A stretch of 64,000 nucleotides of DNA from the NCBI GenBank assembly GCA_963662965.1, contig OY759970.1, forward strand, positions 3,072,524 to 3,136,523. Direction: 5' to 3'. Of this stretch, positions 1 to 9,229 are shown piece by piece. A program made the position numbers and the translations under genes. This DNA comes from Vicinamibacterales bacterium (GTDB taxonomy: Bacteria > Acidobacteriota > Vicinamibacteria > Vicinamibacterales > UBA8438). Position 1 is the stretch's first letter. Each line of letters opens with the position of its first letter. The notes under the pieces are model-generated. The model ran no database searches, was not told the origin of the DNA, and saw nothing but the letters and a program-made list of their open reading frames with translations.

Positions 1-271
1 CTGGGCCGATTCATTGCTCGTGCCAGGCATGATCAAGGGGCGGATGTATCGGCAGAAGCTCTCAGTCGATGGCCGCTCGGCGGCTGGCGATCCGGTCGAG
101 CTGTTTAGGACCGCCAATCGCTATCGCGACGTGGCCCTCAACCCCAACGGTAGAACGATCTACATTGCGACCGACAACGCCGGACGTACGACGGGCCGGA
201 CTGGCGAGATGACGCAGGAACTAGAGCATCCGGGGGCGATCATTCAGTTCACGTACAACGATCAGCCATGA
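1..271 (+). CDS. 3' end of a soluble PQQ-dependent sugar (glucose/sorbosone) dehydrogenase-like beta-propeller gene; 5' end lies outside the window
   Basis: ORF track 14..271, and the same frame is open back to base 2. The tail ...FRTANRYRDVALNPNGRTIYIATDNAGR... resembles the last blade of the sGDH family. TGA at 269-271. Confidence 0.5.
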   Translation, partial: WADSLLVPGMIKGRMYRQKLSVDGRSAAGDPVELFRTANRYRDVALNPNGRTIYIATDNAGRTTGRTGEMTQELEHPGAIIQFTYNDQP

Positions 272-365
272 GCCATGGCGATGGATACACCTCGCCCATC
301 CCGCCTTCGCCGATCTTGGCGGTGACGGCATAGTGGCTGAGTCGGGAGCCGACTGCGAGAGCCAT
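249..365 (-). pseudogene. N-terminal remnant of a Ser/Thr protein kinase
   Basis: Minus-strand ATG at 365. The translation MALAVGSRLSHYAVTAKIGEGGMGEVY is a kinase N-terminus with a glycine-rich loop. Similarity is then lost and the frame stops at 249-251, overlapping the 3' end of the preceding gene. Confidence 0.5.
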
Positions 366-751
366 AGGGTTGTTGCGGCTGAACTTGGGCTCATTCTATG
401 TGTAAGTGGTGAGTCACTCCACTGGCCTGCACAGAATGGCCTTCAGGATGCGTGCGTGCGCATTCTGCGGGGGTTCGGGCGCTGTAAAGGTGGTTAGCGG
501 CTTAGCGGCGTCGGGCTCACTATCGAGCGGGAGAATGCGTTTGCACGCTTGCTAATGAATCAGCTGATTGCCACGTGTGGGTGACAGCCATCGGCGGAAA
601 GGATGAGAAACGGCAGCGCATCGGACTTCCCGTGAGGCTACCCGTCACGGCTTCAACCACTCAGGAACACTCTGCGGGATACAATGGGCGCCGCATGGTC
701 GAGCTTCAGAAGCTCGACCATGCCCTGCGGAGAACGGAGAAGTCATTAATC

Positions 752-1699
752 ATGCACGCAACACAGATCCATTCAGCGAGTCGGCAAATCGTCGTCGTAG
801 CTCTCAGTGCCGTTGTCTTGGTGGCCCCATCTACTGCCCAGGAGTTTGCGACCGGCGAGCCCATCGGCGCGCTCAGCGAGGCAGGAGCGTGGCGACCGAT
901 GTCGGACAACGTCACGGTCTACGGCAGCTTTCATTTTTCTGAGAGTTGCACGTTCGATCCCAACAAGAACCTGATCCTGGCCATGAATGCCGGCAACCGC
1001 GGAGACACCGGCGAAGATGATGGCTACGTCTCCCTCATCAACCCCGATGGAAGCGTACACACGCCCAAGTGGATCGGCGCCACGCGGGACGGACTGGAAC
1101 TCCATGATCCCTTGGGCAGTGCCATCAGCAGCGGCGTGCTCTACACCGTTGATTCGGGTCACGTCCGTCAATTCGATCTGCAAAGCGGTCGCCCCCTGCG
1201 GTCCGTTCCCGTACCGGGCTCGACGCTCTTGAATGGCATCGCCGTGGCCGACGATGGCACCGTATACGCTTCCAACACGCGGCCCGTTGGACAGATCTGG
1301 AAGGTCACGGCCGACGGTGAGGCGTCACTGTTTGCAGACGGCGCGCCGCTCCAGGCCCCCAACGGCGTCGCGATCGACCAGGAGGGCAACGTGGTGGTGG
1401 TCAACGTCGGTGACAACGCCGTCATCACCTACGACCGAAGCGGAGAGGTCATTCAGACAGAGCACAGCGTCGAAGGCGGGAATGATGGCGTCGTGGTCAC
1501 CGCCGACGGGACGAAATACGTGAGCAGCGTACGCTACGGTAGCGTGTCGCGTATCCGTCCTGGCCAAGACGCAGAGATCGTCGCGTCGGGTATCCCAAGC
1601 GCGGCGTCCATGTGCTACGACTCGACTCAGAACCAACTGGTCATTCCACTGAACAGCAACTACGCGCTCGCGTTTGTCAGGCTCAACAGTCAGGATTAG
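752..1699 (+). CDS. secreted SMP-30/gluconolactonase/LRE-like or NHL-type beta-propeller protein
   Basis: ORF track 575..1699. I moved the start to ATG 752 (GGAGAA about 11 nt upstream), which gives the signal-like peptide MHATQIHSASRQIVVVALSAVVLVAPSTAQE. Blade motifs NGIAVADDGTVYASN and NGVAIDQEGNVVVVN repeat. Confidence 0.65.
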   Translation: MHATQIHSASRQIVVVALSAVVLVAPSTAQEFATGEPIGALSEAGAWRPMSDNVTVYGSFHFSESCTFDPNKNLILAMNAGNRGDTGEDDGYVSLINPDGSVHTPKWIGATRDGLELHDPLGSAISSGVLYTVDSGHVRQFDLQSGRPLRSVPVPGSTLLNGIAVADDGTVYASNTRPVGQIWKVTADGEASLFADGAPLQAPNGVAIDQEGNVVVVNVGDNAVITYDRSGEVIQTEHSVEGGNDGVVVTADGTKYVSSVRYGSVSRIRPGQDAEIVASGIPSAASMCYDSTQNQLVIPLNSNYALAFVRLNSQD

Positions 1700-1851
1700 A
1701 CTGCCGACTTGGCCTCAACCACCAGCCCATTCAGCGCGACCTGCCGGTTCAGCTTCGTATCGGTGGCCTGATAGGCCTGCCCCATGCCGCCCTCGCCGAT
1801 GAGGGCGGTGACATCGTAGTGTCCGAGGCGGGAACCGACGGTTAAGGCCAT
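1696..1851 (-). pseudogene. second N-terminal remnant of a Ser/Thr protein kinase (51 codons)
   Basis: Minus-strand ATG at 1851. The translation is MALTVGSRLGHYDVTALIGEGGMGQAYQATDTKLNRQVAL..., with TAA at 1696-1698. It is paralogous to the 249..365 fragment and overlaps the stop of the 752..1699 gene. Confidence 0.55.
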
Positions 1852-1900
1852 AGCTGGTGGAGTGGTATACGGCGTAAGGTGCGTTTAATCGGTCGACCCC

Positions 1901-2971
1901 TCATGCGGCCTCTCGATTGTAGAAACTGAGTAATCCTCCGAGGCGTACCCGCCGCCGAACGTCGGCGTCCGGCCTTCGCGGAGGTGGTGGTCGTTGCAGG
2001 AGCTGGTTGTCGAGTCCCTGGTGGTTTCTCTCGCGATGGTAGTGTTCTATGTACTCGTAGACGAGACGACGCAGATGCCCCTCGCCGAGCGGGACCACGC
2101 GTGTGAGACACTCCTCTTTGATCGACCTGACGAACCGCTCGGCATAGGCGTTGAGATTGGGACTCTTCGGCGGCAGCCGAATCGGCTGAACACCGGCGCT
2201 CTCCAGGATCTCGCCAAAGACCCGCGTAGAGAGGGGATCGCGGTCGTGAATCAGAGGGCGCGCCCTGCGCAAACAGCCATCGACCGGGTCGGTCAAATTG
2301 CGGGCCTGCTGCTCCATCCACGCGCCGCCCGGCTGCGGGTGGATCCCGGCGATGGTCACGTGGCGGGATCTCAGCTCGATCACGAAGAAGACGAGGTACC
2401 GCCTGAGCCCCGCCAGCGTCAACACCTCGACGGTGAACAGATCGCAGGCCGCCAGGCCCTCCCAGTGCGCCTGCAGGAACGTCTTCCAGGGCATGTGCCG
2501 GCTCCGCTCGGGCGCCGGGTCGACTCCGTGGTCGTGCAGGATCCGCTTCACCGTGGTCCGGGCGATAGTGTGGCCGAGGTTTGAGAGCGCGCCGCGGATC
2601 CGCGTGTAGCCCCACCGCGGATTGTCGACCGCCATCCTGACCACGAGCTCGGCGACGTCTTGTCGGGTCATTGGTCGACCTCGACGTCGGCGGGCGCTGC
2701 CATCGTATTTCTTGGCGATCAGTCTCCGGTACCAACGCAGGATCGTATCCGGGGTGACGATGCCCGCGACCTGCGTCAAGACCCGCCGGCCGAGTTTGTG
2801 ACCGCGCACAGCGAGTCGACGACGCTGGGCGTCCGTCAGGCGAAGCGGCCGAGGGCCCAGGTGTTCTCGGAGGACCCGATTCTCCTCCCGGAGATAGTCG
2901 ATCAGATCGTCTTGGTGACGGTTCACCCAGCCAGCGAACGTGAGGACGAGGAACTGCAGCGCAGGCGGCAT
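1901..2971 (-). CDS. DDE transposase with rve (integrase core) domain, IS481/IS3-superfamily type
   Basis: ORF track 356 aa. An HTH-like N-terminus is followed by ...LIHDRDPL... and ...[22 protein letters not shown]...[12 protein letters not shown] weak candidate terminal repeat lies near 1870 and 3049 (about 12/17), so the element ends are not resolved. Confidence 0.85.
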   Translation of the reverse strand: MPPALQFLVLTFAGWVNRHQDDLIDYLREENRVLREHLGPRPLRLTDAQRRRLAVRGHKLGRRVLTQVAGIVTPDTILRWYRRLIAKKYDGSARRRRGRPMTRQDVAELVVRMAVDNPRWGYTRIRGALSNLGHTIARTTVKRILHDHGVDPAPERSRHMPWKTFLQAHWEGLAACDLFTVEVLTLAGLRRYLVFFVIELRSRHVTIAGIHPQPGGAWMEQQARNLTDPVDGCLRRARPLIHDRDPLSTRVFGEILESAGVQPIRLPPKSPNLNAYAERFVRSIKEECLTRVVPLGEGHLRRLVYEYIEHYHRERNHQGLDNQLLQRPPPPRRPDADVRRRVRLGGLLSFYNREAA

Positions 2972-3165
2972 AGCCTGAGACTACTTGGGAGACTCGACCA
3001 GCACCGACCTAGCCTCGGCCGCTTTTTCGGGGCAAAACCCCATACGCCGGCCCGCGCTCGATCGCTCCTGGATGATCCTTAGGCCAGCAAGAGGCTATCT
3101 GAGAACTGTCCCACTAGAAAAGGCCAGAGACGGAGGTGTGTCGTAGGTAGGTTGAAACGCCGCAG

Positions 3166-3906
3166 TCAGAACCGAATACCTGCGCCGAATCGGACCTCGA
3201 AGAGTCGAACCTGTGCGCGGAGGAACCATCGGGAACCAATCGAGCGATCGACTCCCACCCCAACCTGCGGCAAGATTCCAAAGCGTATGTTGGCAGGCTC
3301 ATCCGCGCACGGCCGTGCACCCGTGAAATCGACACGGAATCGTTGCATGGGAACCGGTGGCGTCTCAATAACGGGATGGCCCTCGGCACGGCAGGCACGA
3401 TTGGCGCGGTGCGCCAATCGTATTCCAAGAAGTAGGTGCGGGGTCCAGCGCGGATTCTTGGACAAGCGCCAGTACGCCGTCACTCCACCAACTTGTTCCA
3501 CCTGGGTACCCCCAAGGGCTCGCTCTACGACGATTTCCTGTCCTCCTAGGTGCTCGTAGGAGTCTGTAAACTCACCCCACCGCTGCACGTTGCGCACATA
3601 GTCAACCTGCAGGCGGAACCTTCCCGACCCTACAGTCACCCATCCGCCAAGAGGCGTGCAACAAGACGACTCGTCAAAGAAGGCCCCGAACAGAGGTGAG
3701 ATGCTGACACCGATATCGAATTTCCACCTCGGCGTGTTCTCAGCCTCAGCTGACGTGGGCGCGGTAACGTCGGCGTTCGCGCGTGGCGGCTGGGTTGTTT
3801 CCGAGACCGCGTCGCTGGATGATTGCGCAAGAACCACCGGTGACACGGTCAGCAATGCGAGACCGACGACGAGAGTTACGGCGCGTTTGTGAGAGGCCCA
3901 CGTCAG
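3166..3906 (-). CDS. putative outer-membrane beta-barrel protein (start codon unresolved)
   Basis: This is the C-terminal ~245 aa of ORF 3166..4359. It has a signal-like ...HKRAVTLVVGLALLTVSPVVLAQS, an alternating beta-strand pattern and a terminal ...FGAGIRF. There is no in-frame ATG/GTG/TTG between 3945 and 3900, only CTG at 3906. Confidence 0.45.
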   Translation of the reverse strand: MTWASHKRAVTLVVGLALLTVSPVVLAQSSSDAVSETTQPPRANADVTAPTSAEAENTPRWKFDIGVSISPLFGAFFDESSCCTPLGGWVTVGSGRFRLQVDYVRNVQRWGEFTDSYEHLGGQEIVVERALGGTQVEQVGGVTAYWRLSKNPRWTPHLLLGIRLAHRANRACRAEGHPVIETPPVPMQRFRVDFTGARPCADEPANIRFGILPQVGVGVDRSIGSRWFLRAQVRLFEVRFGAGIRF

Positions 3907-3944
3907 CTGAGTAAATATACAGTCACCACCGATCTTCTTGCTTT

Positions 3945-4388
3945 CTAGAAGCCTTGTCGGCTTATTCCACCAGTTGAAAGGCGAGGAATGGAAGGTTCCG
4001 AAGGGCTGAGGATCAGGACGCCCTTCGGCGTGAAGTAGTTCAACTCCGGCCAGGCGAGCTTGATCTTCTTGAGCTCGCGTAAGCAGTCCGTCCGGAAGGC
4101 GTCCACGGTTCGCTTGTCGCTGGCCCTTGACGGGTCCGCCCCGAACTGGCGGTAGAGGCACGCCCAGGAGAGCCGCAGCGGGCGATTCAGCGTGAAGGTC
4201 CGGTAGGTGAGCCACAGATAGAAATCGAGGCCCAGCGGAGAGCGCTTCATGGCCTTGAGGATGTTCATGTCGAGCGGCACCGGATGGCGGATGATCTCGT
4301 TGAAGAAGTCCTGGCCTAACTCGATGGTGCTCTCCCACAGTACCGGCTCGTCGGGACATCTGGGATTCCAGACAAGGTGGGTCTTCCG
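3945..4388 (-). pseudogene. C-terminal remnant of a plasmid RepA-type replication initiator, cut by IS6
   Basis: ORF 3945..4412. ...FFNEIIRHPVPLDMNILKAMKRSPLGLDFYLWLTYRTF... is the conserved C-terminal block of RepA/RPA-family initiators as I recall it. The first 8 codons of the ORF are IS6 inverted-repeat sequence. Confidence 0.6.
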
Positions 4389-5195
4389 GGCATTGTCAGG
4401 TTGAGAGTGCAAGTGGCACAGTGGACGGATGAGCAGCCAGACACCGAGCTATCGCGGCTACCGATTCCCGCCTGAGATCATCAGCCACGCGGTCTGGCTG
4501 TATCACCGGTTTTCTCTCAGCTTTCGCGATGCGGAGGATCTCCTGGCGCAACGGGGGATCACGGTCACCTACGAGACCATCCGACAATGGTGTCTGACCT
4601 TTGGTCCGACGTATGCGCGCACGCTCCGGCGCCACCGTGGCCGTCTGGGGGACACCTGGTATCTGGACGAAGTCTTCGCCACGATTCAAGGACAACGCCG
4701 ATATCTCTGGCGGGCCATCGACCAGGACGGCGACCTCCTCGACATCCTTGTCCAGTCTCGACGCAATCGCCGGGCGGCCATACGATTCTTCCGCAAGGTG
4801 TTGAAGGGACAGGGCCGGTTGCCCACCCGCGTGATCACGGACAGGCTGCGGAGCTACGCGGCGGCGCACCGCACGGTGATGCCGTCCGTCCCACATAGCA
4901 CGCGGCAGTACGAGAACAACCGAGCCGAGGTCTCGCATCAGCCGACGCGACAACGCGAGCGGCAGATGCGGGGGTTCAAGTCCACGGCACAGGCGCAGCG
5001 ATTTCTCTCGGTGCACGGACTCGTGCAGAATCTCTTTCGCACCGGCCGTCATCTGATGCGAGCCGTCCACCATCGCCTGTTACGCGAACGTGCCTTCGGG
5101 GTCTGGCGTGAGGCGACGTGTGTCTAGATCGAGAGTCCGAGTCGCGATCTCATCGGAGGCGAAGCCTGTCCGTGCGATGTTAACCTGACAAAGCC
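4389..5195 (+). mobile_element. IS6-family insertion sequence, copy 1 (807 bp)
   Basis: Terminal repeats are GGCATTGTCAGGTT (4389-4402) and AACCTGACAAAGCC (5182-5195). The GGCAxTGT start matches IS26-type ends. It holds a single DDE transposase, and no 8-bp target duplication is visible. Confidence 0.85.
4429..5127 (+). CDS. IS6-family DDE transposase
   Basis: ORF track 232 aa. Motifs: ...YRFPPEIISHAVWLYHRF.LSFRD.EDLLA.RGI.V.YETIRQW...WYLDEVF..I.G...YLWRAIDQDG..LDILVQ.RR...AA.RFF...NNRAE.SHQPTR.RER.MRGFKS. Confidence 0.95.
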   Translation: MSSQTPSYRGYRFPPEIISHAVWLYHRFSLSFRDAEDLLAQRGITVTYETIRQWCLTFGPTYARTLRRHRGRLGDTWYLDEVFATIQGQRRYLWRAIDQDGDLLDILVQSRRNRRAAIRFFRKVLKGQGRLPTRVITDRLRSYAAAHRTVMPSVPHSTRQYENNRAEVSHQPTRQRERQMRGFKSTAQAQRFLSVHGLVQNLFRTGRHLMRAVHHRLLRERAFGVWREATCV

Positions 5196-5643
5196 GTGGA
5201 AGCGGTTCCTCCGCCTCCTCGCGCGATACCCTCTCCCGCGAATGACGGCCATCCACTCGGCCGCGCGCGCGTAGCGAAGCCATCCGTCGAGGAGCCGGAT
5301 GCGGAAGAACCCGCACGTCCGGATCTGTGGGGGGCTGGGGTCGGCAACGACCCTGGTCTACCCGACCATTGAGTGCGCCGGCCCTCACCGCCGACTGTCC
5401 TTCCGGTTTCTGGTGGTGCGGCGCGCGATCGGAGAGCGTCAACGTGCCCACGAGACCGGATCGACCTCGTGTCCATGAAACCAGTACATCAACCGGACCA
5501 CGGCACACGCAGGACAACCGCGGCAGGTGAACCACGACGATCCACGAAACCAGAACCACATCGATTCTCGGAACATGTGTGCGTCGCGTCATTGTCCTTG
5601 CGCCCGCCGTAGGCGTGATGGTCGGGACGGCCGACCTTGATGC

Positions 5644-6267
5644 CTAATGCACAGTGGTCCACGCGCCCCGCGTCGGCTGCAGCGGTGTGTTCGCCAGCCA
5701 CTTCGCCCGCAGAACCTCCAGTGCCTTCTTTTCCGGAAATATCACGCGGTCCCAGGAGAGCGCTGCGTGGCACGGAGTCGCGGCAAGGCGGTCTTCCACG
5801 ATCCGCAGGGTGGTTTCCCCCCACTGCCCAGGCTCAAGGTGGTACGGAACAGCCTTCGCGAAGTCGACCATGATGCCGAGCACGGACCGATCGACCGTCG
5901 GACCGACCGCCACCGAGGCCATTGCCAGAGTCTCGGCGGCGATCGTCCGATCGTCGAGCCCGCAACGTCTCAATCTTGCCTCGACGAGCGCAGCGAGTCG
6001 GGCTGGGAGGCCCCGCACATTCTGTGCCGGAATCAGCATCGGCAGCAGCGAAGTAGAACTCACCAAGAGGAGAAGCGGCTGCCGATCCACCACAACTCGA
6101 TTGACGTACCAATCGCCGAGCGCCGTATCGGAGCTGGTCGGGATGACCTCCGTTGCCGGCAGCAACGAGTTCAGCTTTCGTGTCGGCCGAAGTATGACCA
6201 TGTCCCAGTCTAGCTGTGGTACCTCCGACATTGCCTCCATGGTCATCTTGAAGCATTGCAACCGCAA
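5644..6267 (-). CDS. hypothetical protein (conserved-looking, function unknown)
   Basis: ORF track 207 aa. The true start may be the internal MVILRPTRKLNSLL... The motif ...ALGDWYVNRVVVDRQPLLLLVSSTSLLPMLIP... recalls a widespread uncharacterised bacterial family (a memory-level match only). Confidence 0.5.
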   Translation of the reverse strand: MRLQCFKMTMEAMSEVPQLDWDMVILRPTRKLNSLLPATEVIPTSSDTALGDWYVNRVVVDRQPLLLLVSSTSLLPMLIPAQNVRGLPARLAALVEARLRRCGLDDRTIAAETLAMASVAVGPTVDRSVLGIMVDFAKAVPYHLEPGQWGETTLRIVEDRLAATPCHAALSWDRVIFPEKKALEVLRAKWLANTPLQPTRGAWTTVH

Positions 6268-6400
6268 TCAGTGGAAACACGATTGTGAAGCCACGTGACC
6301 CGAATTGCGGCGGGCGGCACTGCACCGCCGACGTTTCTGCGGACACCTCGCCCGTCTTATACCCTCTCTTCGCCCAAGTCTTCACCAGCAGGTCCCGCCG

Positions 6401-6667
6401 TCAGCCGGTCGGCACCGGCAAGGCCCAGATCCGCTGGAGCATCGACCCGAACAGGCGGCGGGTCAGGTGGCTTTCGGCCAGCAGGAGCCAGTAGTAGCAG
6501 GCATGTTTCACTAGCCGCTCACCCGTCTTGACGAGGCGCTGCTGGAGGCTGGTCAGCGACCACGTGTCGATCCGCGTCGGGAGCACCAGTCGTCGCCAGA
6601 GGTTGCCTAAGGTGTACGCGAGCACGCTCAGCTGCAAGCGGACCTCGTTCGCCGGAACCGGTGGCAC
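6401..6667 (-). pseudogene. C-terminal fragment of an IS1380-family transposase
   Basis: ORF track 88 aa. ...NEVRLQLSVLAYTLGNLWRRLVLP..IDTWSLTSLQQRLVKTGERLVKHACYYWLLLAESHLTRRLF... is the conserved IS1380 C-terminus. No catalytic region lies upstream. Confidence 0.7.
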
Positions 6668-6912
6668 GACGTTCGTGAACCGTGGAGAAATAGTGGAGAC
6701 GGCGGGAACCGAAATCTAAGTGATTGAAAACACGTAGCTTATTGGTAGAGGCGGCTGGAGTCGATCCGCCCAGAAGTCCATATTGCCTAATACTTTAGGA
6801 AAACCGAAACGCCAGATTCGCGAGAAACGCTCAAAAGCCGAGGTCCAGGTACAAAACAGGTACAGTGAATCCGCCGCCGTCAGCACACCCGCCGCGCACC
6901 AGCCGACGTGGT

Positions 6913-7245
6913 TCAACCGAGCGTCAGCAAGGTCTCGACGGCGGCCTTCAGTCGCGGCAGTTCGTGTTCGACCGTTGTCCACACCAGCCCGAGATCCACG
7001 CCGAAGTAGTTGTGCGTCAGACGATCGCGCATGCCGGCGATCTGCTTCCACGGAATCTCCGGGGCGCGGCTCCTGGTGCCGTCCGACAGCTGCTTGACCG
7101 CTTCGCCGATGATCTCGAGTTTTCGAATGACTGCGTCCTGCCGCATCCGGTCGCCGATGAACGTTGCGCGGTCGACGGACGCGTAGGTCTGGATGTCGGA
7201 AATGGCGTCTCGGATGTGCCCCAAGTAGACGGACTCGTCCTTCAC
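6913..7245 (-). CDS. hepT: HepT-type (DUF86, HEPN) toxin of an MNT/HepT pair
   Basis: This is the last 110 codons of ORF 6913..7557, starting at GTG 7245. The Rx4H motif RDRLTHNY is present. It overlaps the upstream MNT gene by 4 nt. Confidence 0.85.
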   Translation of the reverse strand: MKDESVYLGHIRDAISDIQTYASVDRATFIGDRMRQDAVIRKLEIIGEAVKQLSDGTRSRAPEIPWKQIAGMRDRLTHNYFGVDLGLVWTTVEHELPRLKAAVETLLTLG

Positions 7246-7520
7246 AGCGGTCGGGCTTCCGTCAGGATTCGATCGCGAAGGGCCGGATGCACGCTCGCGT
7301 CGGTGAGGACCTCGATCTTTCGATGGAGCAAGGCTTCGAGGTCCTGACCAAGACCGATGAGATCGAGCAACGAACGTCCAGCCTCCATGTCGACAAGGAA
7401 GTCGACGTCGCTGCTCTCGTGGTTCTCGCCGCGTGCGACCGAACCAAACAGGCGGACGTTCCGGGCGCCGTGACCGGCCGCAATTCGAAGGATCTCTTGC
7501 CGTTGGCTCTGCAGGTCCAT
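7242..7520 (-). CDS. mntA: MNT-type minimal nucleotidyltransferase antitoxin
   Basis: ORF track 92 aa. It carries GSVARGE...SDVDFLVD (the GSx10-DxD nucleotidyltransferase signature). Its stop overlaps the hepT start. Confidence 0.9.
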   Translation of the reverse strand: MDLQSQRQEILRIAAGHGARNVRLFGSVARGENHESSDVDFLVDMEAGRSLLDLIGLGQDLEALLHRKIEVLTDASVHPALRDRILTEARPL

Positions 7521-7655
7521 GTTGTGCCGACGTCATTCTATCGTGAGTGAGAGACACCGCGGGTGATTGGTCTTCTCGGCCGCCCAGTCCCGGAATGACG
7601 ACCGGAAGCCGCGCGGGACGGCCGCGATCTTCTGCTCCGTGAACACCCTCGGCAG

Positions 7656-8447
7656 GGCATTGTCAGGTTAACTCTCCGCCCGGCACAATGCCGGGATGAA
7701 CACTCTCCGGCCCCGCTACCATCGGCATCGCTTTCCGCCCGACATCATCAGCCATGCCGTCTGGCTCTACCACAGATACTGCATGAGCTTCCGGGATGTG
7801 GAGGATTTGCTGGCCGAACGAGGAATCATCGTGTCCTACGAAACCGTTCGCCAGTGGTGCGGGAAGTTCGGCCCCGACTACGCTCGGCAGTTGAAGCGAC
7901 GACAGGGTCGACTCGGAGATACGTGGTTCCTGGACGAAGTCTTCGTGACGATCAACGGTCAGCGCCAGTATCTCTGGCGCGCGGTGGATCAAGACGGTGA
8001 CCTGATCGACATCCTCGTACAACCCCGTCGGGACGGGCGTGCAGCGCGGAGATTCTTTCGCCGACTGTTGAAGAGTCAGCGACAGGAACCCGTGCGGCTC
8101 GTGACCGACAAGCTGGGCAGCTACCGTGTCGCCCATCGGGACCTCATGCCGCTGGTCACCCATGACACGAGGCGATACGCGAACAATCGCGCCGAAGTCT
8201 CGCATCAACCCACGCGACAACGCGAACGTCAGATGCGAGGCTTCACGTCATCCGACCACGCGCAGCGGTTCTTGCACGTCCACGGTGTCATTCAGAATCT
8301 CTTTCGCGTGGGTCGACACCTACTCAGGGCGGCTCATCATCGGCTGTTGCGAGCACGGTCGTTCACCGTGTGGGCCCAGGTGACGGCAGCCTGATCCTGG
8401 GATCAACTCGCCTCATTCTGGCCCGGACTCGTTAAGTTGACAGTGCC
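7656..8447 (+). mobile_element. IS6-family insertion sequence, copy 2 (792 bp), diverged from copy 1
   Basis: Terminal repeats are GGCATTGTCAGGTTAAC (7656-7672) and GTTAAGTTGACAGTGCC (8431-8447), matching 14/17. It is in the same orientation as copy 1, and no target duplication is visible. Confidence 0.85.
7696..8394 (+). CDS. IS6-family DDE transposase
   Basis: ORF track 232 aa. It is colinear with the 4429..5127 protein but carries substitutions throughout (by eye roughly 60-70 percent identical). Confidence 0.95.
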   Translation: MNTLRPRYHRHRFPPDIISHAVWLYHRYCMSFRDVEDLLAERGIIVSYETVRQWCGKFGPDYARQLKRRQGRLGDTWFLDEVFVTINGQRQYLWRAVDQDGDLIDILVQPRRDGRAARRFFRRLLKSQRQEPVRLVTDKLGSYRVAHRDLMPLVTHDTRRYANNRAEVSHQPTRQRERQMRGFTSSDHAQRFLHVHGVIQNLFRVGRHLLRAAHHRLLRARSFTVWAQVTAA

Positions 8448-9163
8448 CGATCCCGCGCGGGCGACCGCGGGCCGTGGCCAGATATGTTCGCCGTCTTGGC
8501 CGGTGGGATTATGACTGTCGCACCCCGCGCCGTCGCCGTTTCGTAGACGGCGACCGTGTCATAGGCGGCGTCAGCGGTGACGCGCACGAGAGGGCCATCG
8601 ACCGCGTTGAGCAGATCGAGGGCGGTGGTTGCATCATCACCCGTCGCCTCGGTCAGTGTGTGAACGAGGATCACGCCTGACTGATCGACGCCAAGGTGGA
8701 GCTTCCGCCAGCCACGTCTGCCGCGGCCTCCGTGTGTCGCGGCCGCCCACTCACCTGCCCCGACGATGGACAGACCCGTGCTGTCGAGCACGAGATGGAT
8801 TCCCTCGCCGGGCGGCACCGGTCGCAGACGGCGCGTCAGATGCTGACTGCGCCGGGAGAGCGTCGTATAGTCGGGGACGGAGAGGTCTAGGCGCATCATC
8901 CTGAACAGGGCGTGCAGGAATCCTTCGGCCTGGCGTAGCGGAAGATGGTAGAGGAGTCGCAGGGCCATGGCGGTTTCGATGGCAAGATCCGAGTACCGCC
9001 GCTGCCCACCCCGCCGGCCGCTCCGGCGGGGCGTCCAGGCAGCGATCGCTTCCGAGGACAACCACACCATCACATCGCCGCGGCGAACGAGGGCCTGGTT
9101 GTAGGCCGGCCAATTTGCAACGCGGTACTTCGTCTTATACGTGGGATGAACCTTCGACTGCAT
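8448..9163 (-). pseudogene. IS5-family transposase, 3'-truncated by IS6 copy 2
   Basis: ORF 8432..9205. From M at 9163, MQSKVHPTYKTKYRVANWPAYNQALVRRGDV... is the IS5/IS903-type N-terminus. The frame ends ...GPRSPARDR, and the last codons and the stop are the IS6 right repeat. The C-terminal part is absent. Confidence 0.8.
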
Positions 9164-9229
9164 CCCTGCAGTGTGGCTCCTGCGGAGACGAGAAGGGCGG
9201 GCCAAACCGCCCCACCCGCAGAAGGTCTT

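Noticed and set aside
3166-4359. The 397-aa ORF read as a single gene.
   Set aside because: Only the last ~245 codons look like a protein (a signal peptide plus a beta-barrel). The upstream part overlaps the RepA remnant in another frame and is R/P/G-rich noise.
5196-5643. A search for the missing N-terminal part of RepA on the far side of IS6 copy 1.
   Set aside because: None of the three minus-strand frames shows Rep-like sequence, only R/G/P-rich strings. The N-terminal part is therefore deleted rather than merely displaced.
6690-6790. tRNA-like words: plus strand GTAGCTTATTGGTAGAG (D-arm-like) and GGCGG...CCGCC, and minus strand GGATCGACTCCAGCCGCCTCTACCA and TCGGTTCCCGCCGTCTCCA (3'-end-like).
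   Set aside because: I could not fold a cloverleaf. There is no anticodon arm, the only clean 5-bp stem has an 11-nt loop, and the candidate T stems pair at 3/5. At most these are decayed tRNA or att-site debris next to the IS1380 fragment, so I do not report a tRNA gene.
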